A stretch of 58,135 nucleotides of DNA, filler included, from Streblomastix strix (Eukaryota), in NCBI GenBank assembly GCA_008636045.1. It is 3 parts of 3 records of this genome, joined end to end, with 100 filler letters (N's around TTAATTAATTAA, not from the genome) between each part and the next. Parts side by side here need not be neighbours in the genome. Positions count along the whole stretch, not along the records: positions 1 to 19,315 come from SNRW01000523.1; positions 19,416 to 38,725 come from SNRW01000524.1; 1 more part is not named here. One strand, written 5' to 3'. This document shows, piece after piece, positions 15,029-27,512 of this stretch; position 1 is the stretch's first letter, and the number at the start of each line of letters is the position of its first letter. The notes beneath the pieces were generated by a model, which saw only the letters and a program-made list of their open reading frames with translations, searched no databases and was not told the origin of the DNA. The position numbers and the translations under genes were made by a program.

Positions 15029-16448
15029 GAATTATTTTTTGGTTCAAACTTTGGGTCTCACATTCGATTAGTCCTATATTCCAGGAAGGCGTAACGATTC
15101 TGACTGCCGCTCAGCCATCGCTCTGCAAGTCAACTTTCCAATTTTATTTATTTATTTTTTTTCAATAAACTTACATTTATTAGAATTTAAACAAAGTATT
15201 TAACTTTCTAATAAAAATAATTTATTATTACTTACGTATAAAATGTCAATTAAATTAAATTTAAATGAAAATAAGCTAAGAATACTGAGAAAAAATTAAT
15301 ACGAAAAAAAAAAAAAAATTATTAAAAATTATAGTTAATAGCGCTTAACTTGCCAGTTATCTTGTCCATAAGTGCAGTTGTCTATATAAAAAGCATGTAA
15401 GTGATTTTCTCTAATTAAATAATAATATAAAAAGATAAATATAAAGGATAAATATATGTAAAAAAGTGAATTTTGGAAGCGGTTAGTTCTGCTAGCAAAT
15501 AAATTATTGCGGCGGCTACTGTAAACTCCCGCATATCTTCCACTATTGGTAAGGGGCTGCACTGCTTAGTTTAGCGTAGCTCTCAAACAGCTCATGTGGA
15601 TAAAATAATAAAAAAACTTTCAAATTGCAATTCTCGCGCATGAAATATATTAATTCATATAATATAAGCATGATGATGCTATAGTTACATTTCCCCACCA
15701 AATTATTGAGTTCGTTTTGAGTTTACTTATTTGCTACTTTGATAAGCAGCGTATTTTCAACGCAAACTGTTATTCTTGAAATACTCGATTTAAGCTAGTC
15801 AAAAGAGTTTTGTGTATGTATAATTGAATTTGAAGAGTAATTTTTTGTAAATTTAAAAGGAGAAATATGTCAATTTTATGTTATTAAGTGCGAGAAATGG
15901 AGTAGATTAAAGTTAAAGAGATTTTCAAATTAAACCTCGGCAAATAGAATATTTGTTGTATGGCAATTGGAATATTAATTAAAATTGCATATTTAATGAA
16001 ACTAAAATAAAAATTTAGTTAAATGTATGTGTTTTAGTAAGAAAAAGTTCGAACTTTCAAATATACAGCTTCTTCTTTTTATATAACTAACTAATTTTAT
16101 TTGAAATGGTGTAAGAGTTAAAAAATATTGCATGAAAAGTCGACCCAGATAAATTTTGTATGAGGAATATAACTTTTGAAACTATTAATTTATCTATAAT
16201 TATTTCTTTATCTCTTACTTGAACTTCATCTCATCAATTAATTACTTCACTGAATAACCCTGGCTTTTTGGGGAAAAACTCTCCCCAAGCACTGTAAAAT
16301 ACACGCAAAGCTTAAATGATATTACATAAATCATAGTCACTATTAATGATAAAATTATTAACAGATATGCTTTTGGGGCTGAGCAAAAATCAAAATTTTG
16401 CGTTCTCAACATACATGAAATAATTAGTCAATTATCTTTAAATTTTAT

Positions 16449-16610
16449 GCAAATGAGCTTGGGTGTATGTCCAAAAAAATTTTGTTTCAATTATATTGCT
16501 TTGGATCACTTTCAATTTTTATCAGTCTTTTTTTAAAATGGTCTCAATTTTGGCGAATTTTAATAAATTCGTGCAAATGAGCTTGGGTGTATGTCAAAAT
16601 TTTTTTTGTT
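16449..16610. repeat. Two direct copies of GCAAATGAGCTTGGGTGTATGTC, 124 bp apart
   Basis: Exact 23-mer at 16449 and 16573, with similar downstream flanks (AAAA..TTTTGTTTC). Confidence 0.85.
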
Positions 16611-16949
16611 TCTACTAATTTGAGCTTGTTGTTTAGAAAAAGTATTATGCTTTTTTCTCGCCAACTATATATTAATTTGTTATTATATATATATAAATAT
16701 TATGTATGTCATAAAATTAATTTAATTATTAAAAAATATTTATTTTCTAATTAATGATAACTTTTTAATATGATTTATTATTTTTATTTAATAAAATGAA
16801 ATTTCCAAACTCACTTCATGATTATAAAAACCACTGTTCTACTCATATTAATAAAATTTATATTTTTACATACATTTTTATATTTTATTTGTTCCAATTC
16901 TTATTAAAATTCATCCTATTTTCTCTTTCTCACATTACTCTTACAAAAT

Positions 16950-19315
16950 GCAGTAGTTTCAATGCTTATAAATGCCCCTGAAGATTATTTAACCCTCATT
17001 GATATTCACAATAATACATACCTATTTTACAACTCATGATATACCACAAATCCAATTTGGGGGGATGGTGATGCCAACTATGGGTTAAATTTCAATGATG
17101 ACGATGCCACTAACAATGTTGACAATGTTCTTCTAAGCAGGATTAATGGTTTAAATTTCTGTTGATCGTGTATAGGAGTTTCTTATGCTTCCTGAATTGA
17201 AAGTAAAACCACAGGATGAACCTTTAAATAATCAAATTTCAGTTGAATTGATTAATGGTACATTTATATGGAGCGATTCTCCTGAAATCCAACTGAGAAA
17301 GAGAGACAAAGAATTAATTTTGAAAGAAGCTATTAAATTAAGAAAGACTATATAGAAAGAAGCTGCGAGATTAAAAGATAAAGAAAAGAAATAGAAAAAG
17401 ATTGAAAACTAATAAAAAAATGGATGAAGATAGCGGTGGATCATAAAAATCTGTTCAGATGGTTGAAAACGTGGAAGTTTCATCGTAAGACTCTGTTTTC
17501 AATGAAGCTCAAAAAAGAATCAAACAAACAATTTCAATTCAGATTATTCAAATTCTGAGATATAGAACTAATATGCAATAATAATCACTCAATTGTTTCC
17601 AACTTAATTTTCTCCTTCACCTTCTCCTGATCCATTATCATCTCCTTCACAATTTTAATCACCATCATTAACTCCTTATTCGATTACATCTCCTATATTA
17701 AATGAGAAGAGAGTAAAGCCATCAACACTAAAGAACATATCGTTCACTTTACCAAAAGGAAGTTAAACAATGATTATTGGAGTTGTTGGATCTAGAAAGT
17801 CATCAATAGGTTTGCAGATTAATGATAAATAGAAATGAAATAATGTTTAATATATTTATTAATAATTATATCATCATTTTTACTTATATATTTAGGAGTT
17901 GCTTTGATTGGAGATATAGATAAATAGGGAGGAAGTAATCATGTTGATGGAACTATTGCATATTGTCCACAGACAGCCTGGATCAATAATAGCACAGTTA
18001 GTGGAAATATTACATTTGGAAGCACTTTCTAAGAAGATAAATATAAAAAGGTTGTTCGTGTTTGTGCATTGGAACCCGACTTTCAGACTTTAGCAGCTGG
18101 CGATATGACAGCGATTGGCGAGAAATGAGTGAATTTGTCAGGTTTGTTTATATATAAAGAGAAAATAAAAAAGAAGTTTAAAACTAAAATATTAATATTA
18201 ATATAAAAAAAAAATAATGTTAATAAATAAATAAATATTTTAAAAAATAAAATTATTTACATACAGGTGGACAAAGAGCCAGAATTCAATTAGCAAAAGC
18301 TGTTTATTCTGATAGAGATATTTACATCTTAGATGATCCACTTTCAGCTGTTGATGCTCATGTTGGTCGCTTCTTACTAGAGGAATGCATTGATGGAGAA
18401 CTGAAAGGGAAAACTCGACTCTTAATGACTAATCAGCTTCAATTTATTGTCAGAGCTGACAACATTATTCTACTCAGTAAAGGACTTATTGCTGCATAAG
18501 GAACATCAAAATAGTTAAAAGAATAAGGAATTAATTTTGATGAATTCATAATCAAGAGTACAAATAAAGATAAGAAATCAAAGCATCATCATCTTCATCA
18601 TCATAATGATAAATAAGAAGAAACGAAAAAAGAAGAAAGAATGGAATAAAAAGAAGAATTTAATGATAACAAAGATAATAAACAAAACAAAGCAGCTAAA
18701 TAGATTATGACTGAAGAAGAACAAGAAACTGAATCTGTTTCATGGGGTTCTTATTTCTATTACATATTATCACTTTGTCCATGGCAGATTGTAATACCAT
18801 ACTTCCTATTAATTGCGATTCCTGAAGTCATTCAAGTGTATCAATCGTGGTGGATGGGCATAGTTGGTGATCCATTGAGATATTCGTAGATTTCATATCA
18901 TTGGAAGGTTTGATCTAAGAATAATTTAATTTAATTAATAAGATTTTATTTTTATGATGTTATTATTATTCCTCAATTCAATTTAGATCGGAATTTATGC
19001 ATTCTTTTGTTTAGGTTCATTAATCTTCTTTATGATCTGTTCAGTAATATCAGCATTTGCAGTTAAAAGATCGAATAGAATAATTCATCAAGAATTGCTA
19101 TAAAATGTTAAGTAGGAACCTAGCTCATTCTTCGATACAACATCATTGGGACAGAATATTTAATCTTTTCACTGGAGAAATTACAATAACTGATCAAAAT
19201 ATATATGTGCTCTGGTTATTAGTAGTATCAATGTGGAAGGTACTTGTTGGATAAATTGTGGTTGTCTCTGTGAATACTGTATGGTTCTTAATGATTGGAA
19301 TACCAGCACTAATAC
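16950..19315 (+). pseudogene. ABCC/MRP-family ABC transporter fragment (end of TMD1, NBD1, start of TMD2), disabled and cut by the contig end
   Basis: ISVDRVQEFLMLPE; Walker A GVVGSRKSS (G>R); [38 protein letters not shown] with in-frame TGA at 18126; [36 protein letters not shown]. Confidence 0.85.
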
Positions 19316-19415
19316 NNNNNNNNNNNNNNNNNNNNNNNNNNNNNNNNNNNNNNNNNNNNTTAATTAATTAANNNNNNNNNNNNNNNNNNNNNNNNNNNNN
19401 NNNNNNNNNNNNNNN
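19316..19415. other. Artificial contig linker (44 N + TTAATTAATTAA + 44 N)
   Basis: Exactly 100 bp, with a 12-mer giving TAA in all six frames. An identical copy lies at 38726. Confidence 0.97.
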
Positions 19416-19810
19416 CCCGAACATGTCAGTAACAGTACAACATCAGCATCTTTACTCGCTTCAGTTACTTCTTTTGTGTAATCTGGCTCAGTGATTGTAA
19501 AAACTCTCCCAAATTTATTTCTCTTTTGTTCTTATTTAATCTGCTGCATTTTTTATTCTTTGTATTTTTCTAGGAAAATTCTCTCTTCTTCTTCATCTTC
19601 TTCCAATTCTGAAGATGACTGTACTATTTAATCATCTGGTCTGAAATATCGTCCATCAATTTTGACTGCAGGTTCAGGCTCAGGAGGAGTGTCTAATAAA
19701 CAGAGCAATGATGAATAAAAATATATGCAAATGAACTTACCATCTTCAATAATGCCTCTCTTCACAAGCTGATCATGAAATTCTGTTGTAACAACACCAT
19801 CCGAGCGCAT
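19416..19810 (-). CDS. Phosducin-like protein (PhLP2/PDCL3 type), 3'-truncated by the contig end
   Basis: MRSDGVVTTEFHDQLVKRGIIE (resembles TEWNDIL..GI), an acidic stretch, then FLEKYKEQKMQQIKQEQKRNKFGRVFTITEPDYTKEVTEASKDADVVLLL. One intron at ~19693-19741. Confidence 0.85.
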
Positions 19811-19944
19811 ATTAGTTCCTGTATCGACAAACATGATAGTTATGTGATGAACTATAAATAAATTAATAAATATAAACATGAAATATGTAATATATTAAAA
19901 TTTAGAATAAAATTTATTATTTAATATGAATTTCTTAAATATAT

Positions 19945-21245
19945 AAAAATATATGGATAAGAGATAAATTAATAAAATATTAAGAAATTTTGTATTGAGT
20001 TTAACATAATTGATAATTTAATTCCTTTTTTATTTTAATATAATTTGGGTATGAATATCATTTATATGCTTTGCTTCACTATTTGAACAAGATATTTATG
20101 TGGAAAATAAGTGTGAAATGGAAAATAAGATAAATTGAATTTTTGCAGCAAATTAAAGATTAAATAAATTGGAATGTTGATTTGAAAGAATAGAATAGAT
20201 CAGAGATAATATTTTCTTATCAAATTCAGAAATAGATGATATTTGAATTGAGAATATGCTGACAAATTGAGAAATTTAGAATTAAAATAAAAAGTTATTT
20301 TAAAAGGTTTGAAGAGTTTGAAAAAGTATTAAATAATATAAAATGTATTATAAAAACAAATTATTATTATTTTAAAAACTTTGAGCAACTACAATTGTGA
20401 ATAAGTGGAGAGGAAATCTGATTCCAAATTTTAGACTTATGAATTTTTTTGAAGTAAATTCGGAGAAATTATAAGTTTGGTGTGTTGATGATAGAATTGA
20501 AAAACATTTAAATTGAAACTTAAATATTATCGATATTTAAATAATATTAAATTATCAATTAAATGACAATAAGTTAGAAAGTGGAGAAAAGTAATCAATA
20601 AATTAATCTTTATTCTTTATATTTCCCCAGCATGAAATTAATTTGTGTAAAATTTAATAAAAATTGATGCGTGCTTTATCATTAATGTTTTTAGATATTT
20701 ATCGTTCAAAAATATCTATTTTTGGCATGAAAAAAAATCAAAAGCCTAAAATTTGGAATTAGATTTTCTCTCCACTTATTCATAATTGCTGTTGTTCAAG
20801 GTTTTAAAATAATAATAATTTGTTTTTATAAAACATTTTATATTATTTAACACTTTTTCAAACTCTTCAAGCCAATAAAAATAACTTTTTATTTTAATTC
20901 TAAATTTCTCAATTTATCAGCGTCATCTCAATTAAATTATCATCTATTTCTGAATTTGATAAGAAAATGTTATATCAGACCCATTTTACTCTTTCAAATC
21001 AAATTTTCAATTTATTTAACCTTTGAATAAACTGCAAACATTCAATTTATCTTATTTTTCATTTTACACTTATTTTCCACATAAATATCTTGTTCTAATA
21101 GTGAAACAAAGCATATAAATGATATTTATACTCAAATTATATCAAAATATAAAAGGAATTAAATTGTTAATCAGATTAAATCCAATTTAAAAATTTCTTT
21201 TTATTTTATTTCTTTATTATTAATCTCTTATTTGTATATTTTTAT
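19945..21245. repeat. Long imperfect inverted repeat (arms ~19945-20440 and ~20740-21245, spacer ~300 bp)
   Basis: 20049 GTATGAATATCATTTATATGCTTTGCTTCACTATTTGAACAAGATATTTATGTGGAAAATAAGTGT matches the reverse complement of ~21065-21131. 20392-20438 matches the reverse complement of 20741-20788. Confidence 0.92.
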
Positions 21246-21291
21246 ATTCTTAATCTATTTATTAAAAAAGATTTAATATAATTTTATTTAG

Positions 21292-23792
21292 ATGAATTCC
21301 ATGTTTGGATTTGATCTTGCACCTGATGTTGACATTCTTCCAGATGTTTGTATTTCTTTTTATCTTTTTATAAACATATTAATTTATTATTTCAGGATTA
21401 GGATTAGCTTAACAAATCATAAATATCTGGAATAGAAGTTCAACCAGGAAATATTTTTACAGGAAAATAAATTGATCTTCAAATTAATGATTAATCCTTC
21501 AATGCTGGAGATTGTATTTAATTTATTATTCTTTCTTTCTTTTAATTTATTATTTACCAATCTTTTAGTAAGGAGAAATTTTGTATAACCAAAACCTCAG
21601 AAAAGAAAAAGAATCAACACTTCAAAGAAGAAGTTAACAGATGATCCACAGAACTATGAAGGACCCTGGGCTAATTATGAGGATGAGAATCTCTAATCAA
21701 GTGGTCTTGATGTATGTAATGTTTTTTATTATTATTATAGTATATAATATCTTATAATAAAGCCAGATAGATACAAAGAAGTATTAGATGACAGAATATC
21801 AAGGATGAACCCAGACAAACTTTACAGATGGCAGAGATAGAGAGAATTGAAGGAATAAGAGAAAGAGAAAGAAAAAGAGAAAATAAGGAAGATTAATAAA
21901 GAGAAAGGAATCATTGTTGATGAAGAAGTAACTGGATCTGTAGTGAATGAAAAAGATAATAAATAAACATCATCAGCTTCATTCTTACTTGGACAAGATG
22001 ATGAAGATTAATCTGAAGAAGACTTAGATCAGTATAAGAAGGATCGAGCATCAGGTATATTGGATGAATAGAAGACAGCAGCATAAGAGATGCAGGAGAG
22101 ATCTGGTATATCAATGAGAGCTAGATAACTGCCTGCATTTCTTCAGAGGGAGATGAATGATAAGGAAAAAGAGGCTCATTCAAATGCTAATAAGAGAGCT
22201 GGTCTCAATGAATTGACTTCTGCATCTTATTTAACTGGTGATAATGAATAAGATGATGATAACTTAGATGATGATGATGATTAACCCAGGAAGAGAATGA
22301 GAATGACAGAAGATGATACAAATTAGAGGATAAAGAATAAGAAAGAAATTGAAGAAGATGCTTTTGGACCTTTGATTCCTGGTTAATCTGAAAAGAAAGA
22401 TGAAAAAGAAGATTAAATTAATGAGGAAGAAGAAGATGAAGATGAAGATGAAGAAGGAAAGAAGAAGAAAAGATCAAATCAAGGAAATAATGAACCAATT
22501 CCTGAAGGATATATTGAAACAGTCCGACCTGGATCTGGGACTTCAAAGGATAAAAGAGCTGTGGTTGAGAAAGGAACTGAAACTACTCGTTCAGATCCTA
22601 AATTATAAGAGCGAGATTTCCAAGGTCGCACGTATCTACATCCACCAACAGAATGGCGTGGATTAACAACAGATTGTCGACCACCAAAGGGAACCAGTTG
22701 CATTGAATTAGTCGATACACACCGTGGCGCGTGTTCAGCTGTCAGATATTTCCCAAAATCAGGTCACTTATTACTTTCATGTGGAATGAGAGATGGGATA
22801 ATAAAGATATGGGATGTTGCTAAGAAGAGACTTAAATGGCTCAGAATGATGGATACAGGGACATCAGCTCCAGAGATCACCAATGAATATGGTATGGCTG
22901 GAAGATCCAATATAAGGAGTGGATAAGGAGGAGTGAAAGACATCCAATTCAACAATGATGGATCCAGATTCTACTCAGCTGGATTTGACAGATGGTTGAG
23001 ATTATGGGATACAGAAACAGGGAAATGTATGAGTAGATATACAACTGGGAAGATGATCAATTGTGTTCGTACATATCCATTGGATGACAGAGTTGTGTTG
23101 TGTGGGATGGGGGATAAGAAGATCGTTCAATGGGACTGCAGATAGAAACATATCACATAATAATACAATGAACATCTTGGTCCTGTTCTCACTGTCACAT
23201 TCCTGAGAGGATCTGGATAGTTCGCATCCACTTCAGAAGATAGAAGCATCAGACTGTGGGAGTTTGGAATTCCTGTACAAACAAAGCTTATCGCACATGA
23301 GAGTATGTATCCAATACCTTTTGTTGCAAAACATCCATCAGGTTTGAATAGAAGAAATATTCTTATTATACAATTTTTATTTTCTTATTTCTGAACTTAT
23401 TTTATTTAGAAAACTTTATTCTTGCTCAATCTGAGGATAATCAGATTATTACATACTAATCTGGAGATCGTTTCATTCGTGGACCAAAGACTTTTAAAGG
23501 TCACATTTCTGCTGGTTTCTGTATCGAGACTTGTGCATCACCAGATGGGAAGTATTCTTCGATTTCATATTTTTAACTTCTTATATTTTGTTTCATATAT
23601 TCTAGATATATTATCTCTGGGGATAGTAAAGGAAAACTAATGTTTTGGGAGTGGGATAATCCAAAGAAGAAACCATGGTGGATAAACGCCTTCGACACGG
23701 TGTGTTGCGGAGCTGCTTGGAACCCAAATCACGCATTGCAAGTGGCATCATGCAGCTGGAACGGAAAGATTAAGATCTGGGATGCTAAATGA
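21292..23792 (+). CDS. CDC40: Pre-mRNA-processing factor 17 (WD40 second-step splicing factor), multi-exon
   Basis: RKRKR...DPQNYEGPWANYEDE, ERDFQGRTYLHPP, AVRYFPKSGHLLLSCGMRDGIIKIWD, VKDIQFNNDGSRFYSAGFDRWLRLWDTETGKC, QYNEHLGPV, IRLWEFGIPV and VASCSWNGKIKIWDAK*. Confidence 0.92.
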
Positions 23793-24003
23793 GTGGAGCA
23801 CTCAATTCACTTCATTTGTTGGTAATGAATGAATTAAGCACTCAATTCACTTCAATTAGTAATAAATGGTTTTATGATTGGCAAGTTTCGTCTGTAAAAT
23901 AGACAGAAATTCATAACTATATAATATTTTAAAAAATTAGTTCATATCATCTGTAATTGATGATAATAATATTGAGATTGGGTAGAAAACTTATTATTAA
24001 AAA

Positions 24004-25723
24004 ATGGAGCTGTATTCAGCGCAATAGCTATAAAAATATCTATCAAATCATGCTATATCACGACATTATATTATTACGCTATTATATACAGCAAATTATT
24101 AAGTTTAAAATCATATACATCCTTATTCATGCATTTTTACTTTTTGTAAAAAACATTCGTACAGCTAATGATTGAGGAAGCCCTTCACAAAGTTCTTGGT
24201 GACAGTCAAGCTAAAAGATAGAAAGATCTTATTGATAGAAAAGACAAATGCAAAATAGTCTGGGAAAAGGTGAAACCACTTACAAAAGATCAAATTATAG
24301 AATATGAATCTCTTGAAGTTGGAGAACCCTCGGAGATAAGAAATATGCTGAGTAAGATTGCAATTGTATGCAAAACTTAAAATTTTAGATTCAACAATCA
24401 CTCTTATTCCACAATTTTGTTTAAATATACAAGGTAAAGCTAAACGGTGGCTTGGGGACTACTATGGGTCTTTCTGGCCCAAAATCAACAATTGTTATCC
24501 GAAACAGAAAGAATTTCTTGCAGCTGACATTTGAGTAAGTAATGCATATTAATAAGCAATATCAAGTAAACATCCCAATAGTTATCATGAACAGTTTCTA
24601 CACCGAAGTGTAAACTTAGGAATTTGTAAAGCAATTCCCCAAACTAAACATCATTTGCTTCAATTAAAACCAATTTCCAAGATTGAATCGTGAGACGCTA
24701 CTTCCAATAGCACAATCAAGGGATGCCCCAGATGAATATTGGTATCCCCCAGGACATGGTGATATTTATGACTGTTTACATCATTATGGAACATTGGATT
24801 AACTCATTGGTTAAGGAATTGAAGTACTGTTTCTTTCAAACATTGATAACCTTGGAGCGACTCCCGATGATCGGATTATGAGGCAGTTTCTTAATCCATA
24901 AAAAAGTAAAGATGCAAATAATACAGACATACTCATTGAATTGACAAGCAAACTCCCCGTCGATGTGAAAGGAGGAACAGTTATCAACTATCCACTCAGT
25001 GATGGATCAAACCAGATGGGATTCAAACTTCTGGAGATTGCATAGGTACCAGCTGATCATATTGATGAATTCAAGAGTGTGAGAGTATTCAGTGTATTCA
25101 ACACCAACAATGTCTGGATAAGGACGGGATTTCTGAAGAAAACACTGGAAACTGAGAATTTGAAGTTGGATGTGATACAGAATCCGAAGAATATTCCTGG
25201 CTTACCCCCCATATTATAACTCGAGACTGCATGTTGTGCAATTGTATCATGTGCCAAACGCATTGAGATTGTTCATGTTCATCGTCTACGCTTCATTCCA
25301 ACAAAGACATGCGCTGATTTGATGCTATTAATGAGTGACTATTACGAACTCTTACCTTATCCTAATGGTGAATAATAGCAGGATGATAAGGAATAAAAAG
25401 AGAAAGATTAGACAGAGGCCAAATAAGAACCTTGTTTCCTCCACGTCAGCAAAAAGCGCAACTTTCACACAACAACTCCATCAATCTCACTTGGTCCATT
25501 CTACTCTACAATTACAGATCTATAGAAAAGATGCCCTCATATACCATCACTCGTTGATATGGAAGGATTAACTGTTGTTGGAGATGTATCTTTTGGTTCT
25601 GGCGTCTGTATTAAAGGATAAGTTGCAGTAGTTGCCCCCACTGGATAGAAACTTATTCTGCCCCCTGGTTCTGTGTTGGACAATGTTACTGTGTGCGGTG
25701 GACTTGATATTACCCCTCGTTGA
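24004..25723 (+). CDS. UGP1: UTP-glucose-1-phosphate uridylyltransferase (eukaryotic UDP-glucose pyrophosphorylase)
   Basis: [74 protein letters not shown] and [15 protein letters not shown]. Two short 5' introns. Confidence 0.95.
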
Positions 25724-25943
25724 TTGCACAGGTTGATTCTTGATATATTTGTTATAAATAAAACACCTATTATACAGTTATATATTTATTTTATCATTTA
25801 TGAAGATAGATTTTATAACTATCGAGTTATTTTTTGTTTAATAAATCATCAAAATTATTAGACATTAATATTTATTATCAAAAGCTTTTCTTTTATTAAT
25901 AATTTATAAATGATGTTGTTTAATATCAATTTATTCTAAATAG

Positions 25944-26330
25944 AGACGTATGAACTTAAGTATGGAGTGAGATGCAAGATGAAATTATGATTGAGTTGAA
26001 AAGAGCAAAAGGTATGATTCTATAAGGTTAAAAATTAGATAAACTAATTGAAGTTGCACCACTGAAGATGCAATAAATGAGTGAGGGAGAGGAATAATAA
26101 GAAGAAAATGAGGAGTTAGAATAAAAAAAGAAGTTCTTTATAAAGATGAAGATATTGATGGTAATATGATGAAAAAAGAAAAGAATGGTTTTATTATTTC
26201 GTCTGCACGCTGTTCAGTATTTCATAATTATACCAAAAATTAATATTACTTAAATTTAACTTATTAATTTCAATAATAATTAATAATAAATATCTAGTGA
26301 TTAGATCGGAAAACAAATTTAGAATATATT
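25944..26330 (+). pseudogene. Orphan duplicate of the 3' end and 3' flank of the Cid1-family gene (source ~34792-35320)
   Basis: GATGAAATTATGATTGAGTTGAAAAGAGCAAAA...GCACCACTGAAGATG...GAGGGAGAGGAATAATAAGAAGAAAA aligns to 34826-34993. The downstream AATGGTTTTATTATTT..ACGCTGTTCA is also shared. Internal deletions and a frameshift are present. Confidence 0.85.
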
Positions 26331-26555
26331 ATTGAAAATACAACTCAAGTGATGTTTGTACATACAAAATATCACATTATTCAATAATATTAAAATATTA
26401 CACATTATTAAACACCCAATTCAAATTACAAATTAGCCTTTGCCGTTCATACTAATTTTTATTTTGTTTTAACGTGTAAAAAACAACCTATGAAGCTTAT
26501 AATTTTATTATAAAAATATAACTATTTTGATATAAATTTTATCATTATAAAGAAA

Positions 26556-27472
26556 ATGAGTACGAAACACTTTAATTACTTGTACCTACTAGGAAAAGGT
26601 AGTTTTGGTCAAGTGTATGTCTAATTTCCCATTTGAGTCAAGTTATATTTTTTAATTTGCTTTGTTAGACATGCTGTCCGACGTATTGCCGATGGAAAAA
26701 TATATGCATTGAAAGAGATAAATATACGAAACATGACTTTGAAAGAAGAATAGGAAGCACTGAATGAAATCCGCATTCTAGCATCGTTTCAGCACAATAA
26801 CATAACTCGATACTATGAGTCTTTCTATGAAAATGAGAAATTATGTATTGTTACTGAACTAATTGATGATGGTGATCTACTTCAATTAATTTAATTACGA
26901 CGAAAAATGAGAGCATTTTTGAGTGAAAATTAAATTTGGAGTATTTTTGTATAAGTCAGTCTGGGTACTCTCTTTTTACATGAATAACACGTCTTGCACC
27001 GTGACATCAAAAGTGCAAATGTTTTCCTCTCAAAAAGTGGAGTTGTCAAGATTGGTATATAAAAATAATTATTATTACAATTGGATCAAAAGCAATATAT
27101 TTATTTTTTATTAAAATTATTATTTAGGTGATCTGGGAATATCCAAACTTTTAGCTGGTAAAGATTCTCTTGCCAGGACAGCCATTGGAACTCCGTATAA
27201 ATATACTTTAATATTTATTTATTTATTTTATTTGAACATATTCAGTTATTATTTGTGTCCTGAAATGTGGCAGAACAAACCTTACAATAATAAAGTATTA
27301 TTTACATTAAATATTTTGAATATTGATAAAAGAGTTATAAAAATTAATAATGTATTATTTATCTCATTACTTTCTTCTATTTTATTTATTCATTATTATT
27401 TGCTTATATTTTACCAGTCTGATGTTTGGAGTCTTGGTATGAATATTAGAATGATTAATATAAGCAAACATA

Positions 27473-27512
<40 letters not shown>

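Noticed and set aside
15335..15600. ORF 15335-15562 and the GC-richer patch at 15470-15600
   Set aside because: No ATG start, no recognisable motif and no convincing RNA structure by eye.
19360..19371. TTAATTAATTAA palindrome as a biological site
   Set aside because: Flanked by exactly 44 N on each side and repeated identically at 38770; an assembly spacer.
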